From positions 1-64,000 of the IMG/VR virus record IMGVR_UViG_3300012943_000004: DNA of 64,000 nt; one strand, written 5' to 3'. The first letter of the stretch is position 1; every line of letters begins with the position of its first letter. Position numbers and translations under genes: made by a program. Positions 1-8,820 of this stretch are shown piece by piece. Source of the DNA: a virus. Lineage: Duplodnaviria > Caudoviricetes. The notes under the pieces were generated by a model, which saw only the letters and a program-made list of their open reading frames with translations, was not told where the DNA came from and ran no database searches.

Positions 1-165
1 CGTGTCGAGCTGCTCTTTACTCCAACAAACTTAACCGAGCCTCTCAGTAATGCGCCGTCAGAAGAATTGATCTGTCATTACAACGCTGATGATGCGCATG
101 GATCTTTCTATATAGACGGCGGCGCTGGCTACGAAGCCTGGGCGCAGCCGCGCAAGCATACATAA
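1..165 (+). CDS. partial hypothetical protein (5' end outside window)
   Basis: Frame 1 is open from base 1 to TAA at 163-165, followed by AAGGAG RBS and the next ATG at 174. Confidence 0.6.
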   Translation, partial: RVELLFTPTNLTEPLSNAPSEELICHYNADDAHGSFYIDGGAGYEAWAQPRKHT

Positions 166-173
166 GGAGAATC

Positions 174-530
174 ATGATCGTTAGAATGAATAAGTTTCGC
201 GTTGTACCTTCCGTCGGCAGTGATTATGCTGCATGGCACGCAGTGAGAGTTGCTGGAAATGGCGAGAAGACCTGGTGGGAGGAATCGCATTCCTCTAAAG
301 ACAACGCTGTCTATTCTATTCGGCAATTAGTCTACACAGTTGCTACTCAAGATCTTGGCGTTACAAATGAGCAATTCTGGAATATGTACGCCGAGAACTG
401 CTCCTACGAAGTATGCGATCTAAAGGGGCGAGTTGAATCGGAAGTCAAGCTATTCTCGCTAAGTAAGCCAATTCTTGAACACGTGCTTACGAAAGATCTA
501 CCTGCATACTTTGGGCTAGTTGGAGTCTAG
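174..530 (+). CDS. hypothetical protein
   Basis: 118-aa ORF with AAGGAG RBS; tightly packed with neighbours. Confidence 0.7.
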   Translation: MIVRMNKFRVVPSVGSDYAAWHAVRVAGNGEKTWWEESHSSKDNAVYSIRQLVYTVATQDLGVTNEQFWNMYAENCSYEVCDLKGRVESEVKLFSLSKPILEHVLTKDLPAYFGLVGV

Positions 531-744
531 TATGAAGAAACCAGGGAATGCTTTTGCAACTGAGTACCATATCGAGTGTTCGGTTTCCTTCGGAAAAGAC
601 GCAGGACACCAATGGACTCCAGTTAAAAGCTTTGAATCTCGAGACAATGCTCTAGAGCAATTGAGTATCCTTCGTGAGTTAATGCCAGCGATTAGATTCA
701 GAATTAAGATTGTAACCCTGTCGGCAACCGTAACCGATTGGTAA
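520..744 (+). CDS. hypothetical protein
   Basis: 74-aa ORF overlapping the previous stop; GGAG upstream. Confidence 0.6.
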   Translation: MESSMKKPGNAFATEYHIECSVSFGKDAGHQWTPVKSFESRDNALEQLSILRELMPAIRFRIKIVTLSATVTDW

Positions 745-761
745 TCAGGAAGGAAAGAATA

Positions 762-1073
762 ATGAGCAAGACAGTGACTATCACTCTGACCGAGGAGGAG
801 GCGCGGAGCGTCGTCGCTGGTGGGATCGGCTGCGTGACCACCTACAAGGCGGCTATAGAGCATGTCGTCGCCCAGGCCAAGGCGCAACTCCGTGACCCGC
901 TGCCGGACAAGTTCGGCGCCTGGGTCCGTGACGCCGAGAAGTTCTACCGGCGCGACCGCGACGGTCGGTGGACAGTCCACTACTTGAACGGGGTGCCAAT
1001 TGGGCTGCGCGCGAATGACACCGAGGTCGAGGCCGTCTACACCGAAGTCTTATTCCAAGGCTTCGACCTGTGA
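762..1073 (+). CDS. hypothetical protein
   Basis: ATG at 762 after AGGAAGGAAAG; visibly GC-richer codon usage than flanks; GTGA overlap with next gene. Confidence 0.7.
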   Translation: MSKTVTITLTEEEARSVVAGGIGCVTTYKAAIEHVVAQAKAQLRDPLPDKFGAWVRDAEKFYRRDRDGRWTVHYLNGVPIGLRANDTEVEAVYTEVLFQGFDL

Positions 1074-1468
1074 GTGATAAAAATATCCATTACGACGAGT
1101 TTCGCTGCGGAAATACCTCAACTTTTAGAGCAACAGATATGGACTCAGGGGAGTTCGTTACTGGCGAATCCCTAGAGGCCGTTAAAGCCTTAATTGGAGG
1201 CGACCCGCCTCCTACGCCAAGGCTTAATGTCAACCAGGTTGGGTCCAGTTGTACGATTTGTGGAGTATTCATTCTCTATGAATACACCACTACGCATGCT
1301 GCGACTCATAGAATACCTGGATCTACTGAGGAAATCTGCAAGATCTGTTTTGCCTTCGTAGCGCCTGTCAATATGACTGCACACGGCAAGTGGCATGGCT
1401 ATCTCCGAACTGCAATCAGATCAGATACCAATTGGGCCGACCGCGAAGCGGCGCTATCCCATGTCTAA
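1070..1468 (+). CDS. hypothetical protein with two CxxC pairs
   Basis: 132-aa ORF, CTIC and CKIC, coupled to upstream stop. Confidence 0.6.
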   Translation: MSDKNIHYDEFRCGNTSTFRATDMDSGEFVTGESLEAVKALIGGDPPPTPRLNVNQVGSSCTICGVFILYEYTTTHAATHRIPGSTEEICKICFAFVAPVNMTAHGKWHGYLRTAIRSDTNWADREAALSHV

Positions 1469-1585
1469 GGGTTTCCTACCCCTGCAGGAAGCGGGCTGGC
1501 TGGCCTAGAACGTGCCCGAGGATCGATTAACCCTACCCGCTAGGTACATTCACCCCTACCAAATTAAAGCGAACTAGGAGCGCCA

Positions 1586-1966
1586 GTGACTACGCGCGTA
1601 TACCTCTCGGGTCCGATGTCTGGACACGAGAACCACAACATTAAAGCCTTCACTGAGATTGCCGCTGACCTTCGAGAGCACTATCTCTACGAAGTGGTCT
1701 CGCCGCATGAAGTGGCACTGCCTGACGGATGCACTTCGGTTGCAAACAATCCGGAGCATAATCACGAGTATCACGAATGGATAAAATCAGATCTCATTCA
1801 GATGCTGACTTGCAGCACAATCGCCATGATGGACGGATGGGAAAAGTCCGTAGGTGCAAAAATCGAGCTGAATGCAGCAATCGCCTGCGGCCTTAAAGTT
1901 ATGAGAGTGACGCCAAAGCTTTATGGTCGGGGACTCTTGGGTAAATATAATCTAAGGGCAATCTGA
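1586..1966 (+). CDS. DUF4406 / nucleoside 2-deoxyribosyltransferase-like protein
   Basis: VYLSGPMSG ... D(L)IQMLTCSTIAMMDGWEKSVGAKIE pattern typical of phage DUF4406/DUF1937 proteins; AGGAG RBS. Confidence 0.8.
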   Translation: MTTRVYLSGPMSGHENHNIKAFTEIAADLREHYLYEVVSPHEVALPDGCTSVANNPEHNHEYHEWIKSDLIQMLTCSTIAMMDGWEKSVGAKIELNAAIACGLKVMRVTPKLYGRGLLGKYNLRAI

Positions 1967-2484
1967 TGAATGCATCGGGAATCTGGCTTAGGCTAGACCT
2001 TAATCCTGAGCCGTGGGCGATAGGTACAGCTGGAGTAGGTCGCAGAAAAGGTGGAGTGTATGCTTATGTTTCGCCTAACGCGCAGCTCAAGGCGTACCAA
2101 AACGCTGTTCAACAAGAACTGTCTAGTATGGACATTCCAGTTATTGAGCCTGGAGAATACACAATCAAGTTTTACTTCTGGCGAAGACTGGATGATTACG
2201 AAGCCGCCTCTGGAAAGAGAGTTCGCAAGCATCAAGTAGACGCAACAAACTTGCAGAAGGGCCTAGAGGATGCTCTACAAGGCATTCTCTTTGATAACGA
2301 CAAGAATGTGCGAGACATTCATTCGCATATTGTTGAGCAATCCTTCACTGTGGAGCCAATGATCTATATCTTCATTAAAGATTATGTTCACACAGAGAAC
2401 ATTCCGCCTTATGTTCCAGGAGTAGAAAGAGCTCCTTCAAGGCCACTCGATTCCTGGGACGATACAGTTGACGGAGTATTCTAA
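1966..2484 (+). CDS. rusA: RusA-like Holliday junction resolvase
   Basis: DATNLQKGLEDALQGILFDNDKNV matches the RusA D-x2-N-x2-K-x3-D ... DD/ND motif. Confidence 0.85.
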   Translation: MNASGIWLRLDLNPEPWAIGTAGVGRRKGGVYAYVSPNAQLKAYQNAVQQELSSMDIPVIEPGEYTIKFYFWRRLDDYEAASGKRVRKHQVDATNLQKGLEDALQGILFDNDKNVRDIHSHIVEQSFTVEPMIYIFIKDYVHTENIPPYVPGVERAPSRPLDSWDDTVDGVF

Positions 2485-2861
2485 TGATCGTAGTTACGAT
2501 CCAGCATGTTTCTGAGACAGAAGCACCTCTTGAGCTTGCGAAGATTAAGTTCGAAAGTGCTGGATCCGAAGATGGTACAAACTCAGAGTATTCTGCTCGT
2601 GCCGTCTTTAAAGTTGGACCTACGTCAGTGCGAATTACAAACAGGTTCTTATACAAGTTTCCTCGCACGAGAATAAACATACTCGGATTACTCAAAGCGT
2701 TCCTCGATCAGTTCGAGGAGGAAGATTTAGGTCTCGATGAGCCTCTTTCATCAGATATGGCATGGCGACAGTACGGAACTTTGCCAGAGATTCAAGCCAG
2801 AGGTGAAGCCGATAAACTTGATCCTCACGGACCCGCCTTTTGGCGTGGACAATCTGTCTAA
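2484..2861 (+). CDS. hypothetical protein
   Basis: 125-aa ORF coupled to rusA stop (TAATG); last 125 nt overlap the methyltransferase gene. Confidence 0.6.
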   Translation: MIVVTIQHVSETEAPLELAKIKFESAGSEDGTNSEYSARAVFKVGPTSVRITNRFLYKFPRTRINILGLLKAFLDQFEEEDLGLDEPLSSDMAWRQYGTLPEIQARGEADKLDPHGPAFWRGQSV

Positions 2862-3459
2862 TATGGCAGTTACCGAATCGGGCAAGAAGTATGCACGCAA
2901 GATTGCAAACGATGAGTCACCGGAAATCGCCATATCTACCTTTAAGTCGGTAATGTCCGTTTTGCTCCCCAAAACGGCTAATGATGCCGATATGTACGTT
3001 TTCACCTCTTACCAAGTTCTGTCGGAATGGCTAGTAATGACAGATCAGTTTCTGCAGTTGTTTGGCTTTACTCGCAAAGCCGTTCTGATCTGGCAAAAGG
3101 AAGGCCCAGGCATGGGCGACCTTAATTGTCCTTGGGGAATGGGCTGCGAGTTTATTCTGTTCTTCCAGAAGGGACGGCGTGAGAAAGATGCCAAGAGAAG
3201 AAATAACGTTCTGTCGATACCACAGCTCAGGCCAAACGAGCTCATTCATCCTCACGAGAAGCCGACGGCGTTACTTGAACTTCTCATTAAGGCATCCACG
3301 AGCCACGGTGACTTTATCGTCGATCCATTTGCCGGCAGCGGCAGTACCGTCAGGGCAGCGAAGGCTGTCGGTAGATCTTGCGTGGGAATCGAATATGATG
3401 AGGAAAATTATCGTCTCGCAAGCAAGGCGCTTGAGTCCAAAGAGGACGGCCTGTTCTGA
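2737..3459 (+). CDS. beta-class N4/N6 DNA methyltransferase
   Basis: IWHGDS start, LILTDPPF (motif IV) before HPHEKP and DPFAGSGST (motif I). Confidence 0.92.
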   Translation: MSLFHQIWHGDSTELCQRFKPEVKPINLILTDPPFGVDNLSNMAVTESGKKYARKIANDESPEIAISTFKSVMSVLLPKTANDADMYVFTSYQVLSEWLVMTDQFLQLFGFTRKAVLIWQKEGPGMGDLNCPWGMGCEFILFFQKGRREKDAKRRNNVLSIPQLRPNELIHPHEKPTALLELLIKASTSHGDFIVDPFAGSGSTVRAAKAVGRSCVGIEYDEENYRLASKALESKEDGLF

Positions 3460-3665
3460 TGAGTAATATTGCCAAGTGGTTCATAGGACAGACCATTGTT
3501 CTTCTTGCCCTGGGCGTATTCTTCATTATTCTCTCAATTTGGACTGACGGAGAACAATCTACTAAGTTTTCCGAGAGTGCAGTCTTATCTATACTGCTGG
3601 CAATCTTTTCAGGTATAAGTAGTATGGTTTCACTGTCTGGTCCAAACGACCCTGACTCCCGATAA
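3459..3665 (+). CDS. small two-TM membrane protein
   Basis: Two hydrophobic stretches in 68 aa; TGATG coupling. Confidence 0.65.
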   Translation: MSNIAKWFIGQTIVLLALGVFFIILSIWTDGEQSTKFSESAVLSILLAIFSGISSMVSLSGPNDPDSR

Positions 3666-3744
3666 CTAGAACCTCTACCATGCGCAAGGAATATGCGCTA
3701 CCATATCGAGGAAGCGCTAGTCGCGCGCCAATTAAGGAGACTTT

Positions 3745-4122
3745 ATGTCGGACGAGAAAGCAACAATTCGAACGCCGTTCACAAAGAAGATCGGAGCGCC
3801 AGGTTCTGGCGGGAGAAACTTTGGGCCCACCATGCATGATCCAAAGGATTCTTCTGACACAGAGATTGTCACTACGCCCGCGATTCCTGCCGTGTCTGCC
3901 GCGACACCTCATCTTGGACCCACCGAGGAAATCGAGGTCCCAAAAGACGAATCTGCACCGGAGCCTGCAGTCTTACAGGAAAGCGATTCTTTGATTCCAG
4001 TACCGACGTTCGCCAATCCGAACGCAGTTCTAGTCCTGAGCGATACGGAGGACTCGACGAAGACCTCTGCGGAGACCTCGGGCCAACAAAGCCTGACAGC
4101 ACTGACGGACGACCTCGGGTAG
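3745..4122 (+). CDS. hypothetical, probably disordered (Pro/Thr/Ser/Glu-rich) protein
   Basis: AAGGAG RBS; 125-aa ORF. Confidence 0.65.
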   Translation: MSDEKATIRTPFTKKIGAPGSGGRNFGPTMHDPKDSSDTEIVTTPAIPAVSAATPHLGPTEEIEVPKDESAPEPAVLQESDSLIPVPTFANPNAVLVLSDTEDSTKTSAETSGQQSLTALTDDLG

Positions 4123-4235
4123 AAATCTTTGTCAAAGTAGGAAATGATTGCAGAGCTGACTGTGGATTAGGAAGATGGAACACACAGCCCGAGAGAGAGC
4201 TCTTCGCTAACTTCCTTTTCAAGGAAGAGGAGTGG

Positions 4236-4442
4236 ATGAAGGACGGTCTCTGTAGAGGGATGGCGCCAAACAAAAGACTCGATCCTCAAGCGAAAGACCT
4301 CTGGTTTGTCGAGAGGGGAGAGTCTGCAAATCCGGGGCGTATTATCTGTTTTCAGTGTCCAGTAAGAGCTGAATGCAAAGACTATGCAAAACGAACCGAA
4401 TCCAACGAGCACGGAATGTGGGCAGGAGAAATCAATGGATAG
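4236..4442 (+). CDS. whiB: WhiB-family transcription factor
   Basis: C-x(n)-LWF ... CFQCPVRAEC ... GMWAG: four Cys plus the G(V/M)W(G/A)G turn. Confidence 0.9.
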   Translation: MKDGLCRGMAPNKRLDPQAKDLWFVERGESANPGRIICFQCPVRAECKDYAKRTESNEHGMWAGEING

Positions 4443-4614
4443 TATTCACAGAGACCGGCTTGAGATTATCGAAAAACTTGGCAACGAGAAATGGCTTGCA
4501 AGAGCTATTTCCGGCCAGGAGGGAATCGATGAGCTAGCTTCCAAGAAGCGAAGTTTAGATCTTCATTTAAGGAATCTTCACGCACTTAGGCTCGGAGGGA
4601 ACGCCAAGAAATGA
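4435..4614 (+). CDS. hypothetical coiled-coil protein
   Basis: ATG at 4435 with AGGAGA RBS (shorter than the ORF-track start); ATGA overlap with next gene. Confidence 0.6.
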   Translation: MDSIHRDRLEIIEKLGNEKWLARAISGQEGIDELASKKRSLDLHLRNLHALRLGGNAKK

Positions 4615-5771
4615 TTCCAAGAACTCTATCCGCCTCCGCTCTCGGCGTAGCGCAGACATGTCTCGCGAGATACAATGCTGAGTACATTCAGCGCAGCAGG
4701 ACTCCCGGAGGCGCGCCCGCACTTATGGGAACTTCTATCCACGCTGGGCTAGAGTTCTATGTTCAAAAGGCAATCATGGAGAAGGCGATTGATCCAACCT
4801 GGAGTAATCTTTCTGCCGCATATGAAGTGGCCTACCAGGAGATCTTTCAGACTTCGGATATCACTTCAGATCTCTTCGCTGACGGAAAAGATCTGACTCG
4901 TAAATGGTGGGAACGAACTACATTTGATGACTTTACCGTTCTCTCTGTAGAGCGAAAGGAGACCTTCGACATCCCGACCTCTGCAGGCACGATTCCCTAC
5001 ACGTACATTTGGGACAGGTGCGACGAGGTTGAGCCTGGAGTAATTCGAGTAGTCGATTACAAAACCGGCTGGCGCTCTATCAGCTCAGAAGATATGCGAA
5101 AGCGGATTCAGCCGCGGTCATACGCCCTGGCTGCACAGATCAAGTGGCCCGAGGCAAAGAAGATTTGGATTATCTACGACATGCTCCGATACGAGCAAGT
5201 CGGAACTGTATTTACTCGTGAGGACAACGTATCGACGTGGCGCTATTTAAAGCGCGAGGCCGAACGGATCATAGCGACAGACGAGAATGATCCTCCTGAG
5301 ATGCTTAACGCCGATTGTGGCTATTGCCCAATCTCTGCATCATGCAAAGCTCTTCAAAGGAATGTAGACACCGGCGGAATCCACAGCCTTACTCCAGATC
5401 AGGTTGCAGCTCGTAAGCTAGAAGTCGAATATCAACTCAAGGGCCTCAAGGTTCTTGGTGACCTCCTGGACGAACGCCTCGAAGCCGAGGCTGAACACTT
5501 AGATTTGTTTTCATGGAAAACTGAATCAGGAATTGGCGTAGAGTTTACAACTCGCAAGACTCGTAAGGCCGACAAAGCGGCTATCCAGGAGATCGTCGGT
5601 CCAGTACTTACAGCCAAGTACGGTAAGTTCAATATCACAGATATTGACCGAATGCTTAGGGCTGAGCCTCTTACTGATGAGCAGCGTAATAAAATCAAGA
5701 AGGCCATTTTTTACGAACGTTCAGAACCAACACCTAAGGTCACTGCACCTTCTTATATCGAGGATGATTGA
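4611..5771 (+). CDS. Cas4-like / RecB-family PD-(D/E)xK exonuclease
   Basis: LSAS..C..RY, GTSIH, D-x-D ... VVDYKTG, Q..SYALA and C-terminal CGYCPISASC (Fe-S Cys set). Confidence 0.9.
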   Translation: MIPRTLSASALGVAQTCLARYNAEYIQRSRTPGGAPALMGTSIHAGLEFYVQKAIMEKAIDPTWSNLSAAYEVAYQEIFQTSDITSDLFADGKDLTRKWWERTTFDDFTVLSVERKETFDIPTSAGTIPYTYIWDRCDEVEPGVIRVVDYKTGWRSISSEDMRKRIQPRSYALAAQIKWPEAKKIWIIYDMLRYEQVGTVFTREDNVSTWRYLKREAERIIATDENDPPEMLNADCGYCPISASCKALQRNVDTGGIHSLTPDQVAARKLEVEYQLKGLKVLGDLLDERLEAEAEHLDLFSWKTESGIGVEFTTRKTRKADKAAIQEIVGPVLTAKYGKFNITDIDRMLRAEPLTDEQRNKIKKAIFYERSEPTPKVTAPSYIEDD

Positions 5772-5968
5772 TGCGAAAAACTTGCATTATCTGTCGTCAA
5801 AAGATTCTTACTATGACGTTCGTTGGAACGGGCGTCTGCTCTGAGATATGTCGAAAAGTCCAAGAAGGAGAAATCACTCGAGCAGAAGCTAGGAAGATTC
5901 GCAAGGATACAACCCTGACCGGAACTCCATCTCGAAAGAAAGAGACTGATCATTATGAGCAAGGATAA
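5768..5968 (+). CDS. small Zn-ribbon protein
   Basis: CIIC ... CSEIC; basic tail. Confidence 0.6.
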   Translation: MMRKTCIICRQKILTMTFVGTGVCSEICRKVQEGEITRAEARKIRKDTTLTGTPSRKKETDHYEQG

Positions 5969-6176
5969 CGAGTTCGACGCCTTAGCAAAGAAGGTGCTCT
6001 TGAATCAGAATGCGCAGCTGCCAACCGAGCTCGCGCAAACTGGCACGATTTTGAACGAGCTTTACTGTTCATGGATCGAAGCAGGATTCACGGAACAGCA
6101 GGCTCTGTGGCTTACAGGCGTCGTTGTTGCGGGAACCAGCTTCGGAGCTCCACCGCCAGGGGTGGAGCAGGAGTAA
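5955..6176 (+). CDS. hypothetical protein
   Basis: 73-aa ORF, last gene before the convergent terminator. Confidence 0.65.
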   Translation: MSKDNEFDALAKKVLLNQNAQLPTELAQTGTILNELYCSWIEAGFTEQQALWLTGVVVAGTSFGAPPPGVEQE

Positions 6177-6180
6177 AAAG

Positions 6181-6229
6181 AAAAAGCAATACCCTCGACC
6201 TGCCCACACTTCAGGTCGAGGGTATTGCT
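6181..6229. terminator. intrinsic terminator at the convergence of the + operon and the - strand late operon
   Basis: Perfect 18-bp stem AGCAATACCCTCGACCTG (6185-6202) / CAGGTCGAGGGTATTGCT (6212-6229); upstream A-tract gives a U-tail on the - strand. Confidence 0.9.
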
Positions 6230-6239
6230 GCTTGTGGAG

Positions 6240-6545
6240 TTACCGCACTCCGAGTTGTTTCGTCTTTTCATGGATACCCAGCGGCATGTAGATTCCAAAC
6301 AGGGCAGCCATACTGACGATGAACGTCGGCACTGCAGTCCAGAGCCACTGCTCTAGATCGAAGCCATCCGGTGCGGCCAGGATCTGTGTAATCAGGGCTC
6401 CGGCGGTAACAAGAATAAGAGTCAAAACAGACTTGACTCGCGGTGACGCATCCGTCTTGGTCAACAGATTCGTCAGAAGAGGAATGATCGTACCACCCAG
6501 GATGATAAAAAGCTGGATGGCGGTGTCATTGAAGTCGATAACCAT
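6240..6545 (-). CDS. holin-like membrane protein (about 3 TM)
   Basis: IPLLTNLLTK..ASPRVKSVLTLIL pattern of actinophage holins; last gene of the lysis cassette. Confidence 0.7.
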   Translation of the reverse strand: MVIDFNDTAIQLFIILGGTIIPLLTNLLTKTDASPRVKSVLTLILVTAGALITQILAAPDGFDLEQWLWTAVPTFIVSMAALFGIYMPLGIHEKTKQLGVR

Positions 6546-6550
6546 GTTTC

Positions 6551-6841
6551 TCACTTTCCAGAGAAGAGGCCGTAACCAACTGATACGACCAGAATTGTTA
6601 AAGCCCCACCCATCAGGTAGAGTGCGGGAGTCGTGGGCAAACTGTTATTGTAAGAATACCAGTACCCGTAAACCATGACCATTAGAATTGGACAGAACGA
6701 TAAGCCAAGCCTTCGTGTTCGTGGAGATAGCTTCGCCCATCTTGGTCCTGCGACTGACATGATTAACAATACAAGAGCAAGGCTTGCAAGTATTGCATCA
6801 AGGAGTCTAACTACAGAAGAATTATGGGCTTGCATATGCAA
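6551..6841 (-). CDS. membrane protein (about 3 TM), lysis cassette
   Basis: Three hydrophobic segments in 96 aa. Confidence 0.7.
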   Translation of the reverse strand: MHMQAHNSSVVRLLDAILASLALVLLIMSVAGPRWAKLSPRTRRLGLSFCPILMVMVYGYWYSYNNSLPTTPALYLMGGALTILVVSVGYGLFSGK

Positions 6842-6842
6842 T

Positions 6843-7454
6843 CTATCCTTCCTTACATAGTTCGTCAGGATCCGTTGGCAGAGGGTTCTTGTTTAAAGCT
6901 TTAATATATGTATCGTAATCCTCGTCAGCAGCAGCAGCTGCAGCATAGAGGCCTTCGATAGATTTTCTTACATCTGCAGGATCAGGCGGTGGCCCATTTG
7001 GATCCTCGAGTGAATTGATGAGATTTCTAAGCTCAGGAAGAAGGGTATTGAAGAACGCTCGGGGTGCAAGAATTGCGTACCGAGACGGCTTTGATCTAGA
7101 GTCAAGAGCCTGAAGAAGATCAGTATTAATCAACTTCTGGCAGGCAATTCGACTTGAATTAAGATCGTCACGATTCTGCTGCCCTTGAAGAATATACCCC
7201 ACTCCGAACCAAGCGCCAAGCGAAATCAGAAGAGAAAGTATCCCGCCAAAGATGACTATGAGAATGAGATGCCTTCTTACGAAGTCAGTTGCTCGATCCC
7301 AAGTCTTAGCTATCCATCCCTTCGTCTTAGCGTGCATGGCTATGCTCCATTCTCGTATAAACTTCTTTGGAATCAACTGACCTATAACAATTCCAAGTAA
7401 GAGGGTGCAGATATACCAGAGTATAGGACTGGACGGTACATGGAAAAAGTTCAT
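6843..7454 (-). CDS. membrane-anchored protein with soluble helical C-terminal domain, lysis cassette
   Basis: Two N-terminal TM segments, then a helical domain with 2 Cys. Confidence 0.7.
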   Translation of the reverse strand: MNFFHVPSSPILWYICTLLLGIVIGQLIPKKFIREWSIAMHAKTKGWIAKTWDRATDFVRRHLILIVIFGGILSLLISLGAWFGVGYILQGQQNRDDLNSSRIACQKLINTDLLQALDSRSKPSRYAILAPRAFFNTLLPELRNLINSLEDPNGPPPDPADVRKSIEGLYAAAAAADEDYDTYIKALNKNPLPTDPDELCKEG

Positions 7455-7669
7455 TACTTCTTCTCATCTGAATCCCGGTCGTCGTTTGCAATCCTGAGTG
7501 CTATCGCTCCAATAAGTCCTGTCATTACAGTTCCTACAGTTGCAAATGCAGCAGTTACATTCAGAACTCCAGTTATAGTCCCTGCTATCCCGAGAAAAGC
7601 CATTAACCCAACAACGAGAAAAGCCATGTAAATTAAGGCTCGGAGTGGAGTAATGTGATCCGCCGCCAT
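7454..7669 (-). CDS. two-TM holin-like protein
   Basis: Two TM segments plus charged C-terminus, directly after the endolysin. Confidence 0.7.
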   Translation of the reverse strand: MAADHITPLRALIYMAFLVVGLMAFLGIAGTITGVLNVTAAFATVGTVMTGLIGAIALRIANDDRDSDEKK

Positions 7670-7702
7670 TATCCACCTTTCATTAGTACTTAGAGAACCT
7701 CC

Positions 7703-8803
7703 TTATGCGTGAGTTTCCCAAAGAAGTTTCCAAGTCACAGGATCAACAATCCCGTCTGACTTGATCCCCACGTGAGACTGAAAGGCCTTAGTAGCGGTTA
7801 CCGCTCGAGCTCGCCAGGTAATCTCTGCGCGAAGTCCGAGTTCTCGGCTGAATCCCTGAAGGGCGAGCAGCATCTGCGCAAAGTATGATTCATGCGACCT
7901 CTCGCCAAGGTGAATAGAGTCTGGATTGAACTCATCGTGCTTAATTACTGGAATGCCCTGAAGTGCATTCCAAGCTTGTTCTGTAAACAATTTTCCCGCC
8001 CAGGGCTGATGGTGCAACTGCCACCGAGCTAGTCCGTTGGCTGCGGGAATATCCCAGGTCTTATCGATAACGTCTCCATACCATCCTGCATAGCCTCTGA
8101 TACCGACCGCGCAAGACGCGAGTAGATTGTAGCCCGAGACCTTTCCTTCTCCCCATCCTACCTTTGTCGCACCAGGCCATCCTGCTACCATCCCCGGCCA
8201 GATCTTTCGAGGCGGTGGAGGTGGCGTCGGCTTGTCGCCATGCCAAGGATCTTCCCATCGCTTGAGCGACGGGAATGCCGACCCTACGACCTGCGCCCAG
8301 CGATACGCGCTAACGCCTGGTGCGAATCGGAACGGCCCTTGATTGGCTAGCCCGTTACGACCCGCGTAGAATGAAGTAATCTGCGTTCGCGCGAGCCATG
8401 CCAAATCTGGATTGCCTACTGGAACCGTATGACCGTGAACCGTAAAGCCATCTGCGGCTGTTCTGTAGAAATAGATCGATCCTACGCTTGCAAATGCAAG
8501 CTGCTTTAAGCCCGGCTCGTAGGTGCCGTTGTAATCGATACAGCCCGACTCGTCATGAGTTCCTGCGCTGGGCGGATACCCCTTGTGAAAACAGCCCTGA
8601 GCGGAACTGAAGGATTCCCCTACAGTGTCGCTCTTCCAAGGGCCATCCTTATCCCAATCTGCCATATACTCAATTGCAGCTTGGTGCGCCCTGTTGGCCG
8701 AATCTCTATCCCAAAGTTGCGGAGTTGCAGGATTACCTCCGTAGGGCCTATTTGTATAAGGCGGAATACTTACATTAACCGGCTCTTGATATGGTGTGGA
8801 CAT
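7703..8803 (-). CDS. endolysin: M15-like metallopeptidase domain plus C-terminal peptidoglycan-binding domain(s)
   Basis: SAGTHDESGCID ... HGH ... GRNGLA motif of actinophage lysins; Pro-rich linker; KAFQSHVGIKSDGIVDPVTW (PG_binding_1-like). Confidence 0.85.
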   Translation of the reverse strand: MSTPYQEPVNVSIPPYTNRPYGGNPATPQLWDRDSANRAHQAAIEYMADWDKDGPWKSDTVGESFSSAQGCFHKGYPPSAGTHDESGCIDYNGTYEPGLKQLAFASVGSIYFYRTAADGFTVHGHTVPVGNPDLAWLARTQITSFYAGRNGLANQGPFRFAPGVSAYRWAQVVGSAFPSLKRWEDPWHGDKPTPPPPPRKIWPGMVAGWPGATKVGWGEGKVSGYNLLASCAVGIRGYAGWYGDVIDKTWDIPAANGLARWQLHHQPWAGKLFTEQAWNALQGIPVIKHDEFNPDSIHLGERSHESYFAQMLLALQGFSRELGLRAEITWRARAVTATKAFQSHVGIKSDGIVDPVTWKLLWETHA

Positions 8804-8820
8804 ATCAATTTGTCCTTTCT

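Noticed and set aside
1469-1585. Three CCCTACC/CCTACCC words in a short gap
   Set aside because: Only 7 bp, irregular spacing, and not found recurring at other intergenic sites; too weak to call
4611-5771. Cas4 as a sign of a CRISPR-Cas locus
   Set aside because: No cas1/cas2 or other cas genes and no repeat-spacer array in the window; solo Cas4-like exonucleases are routine phage recombination genes
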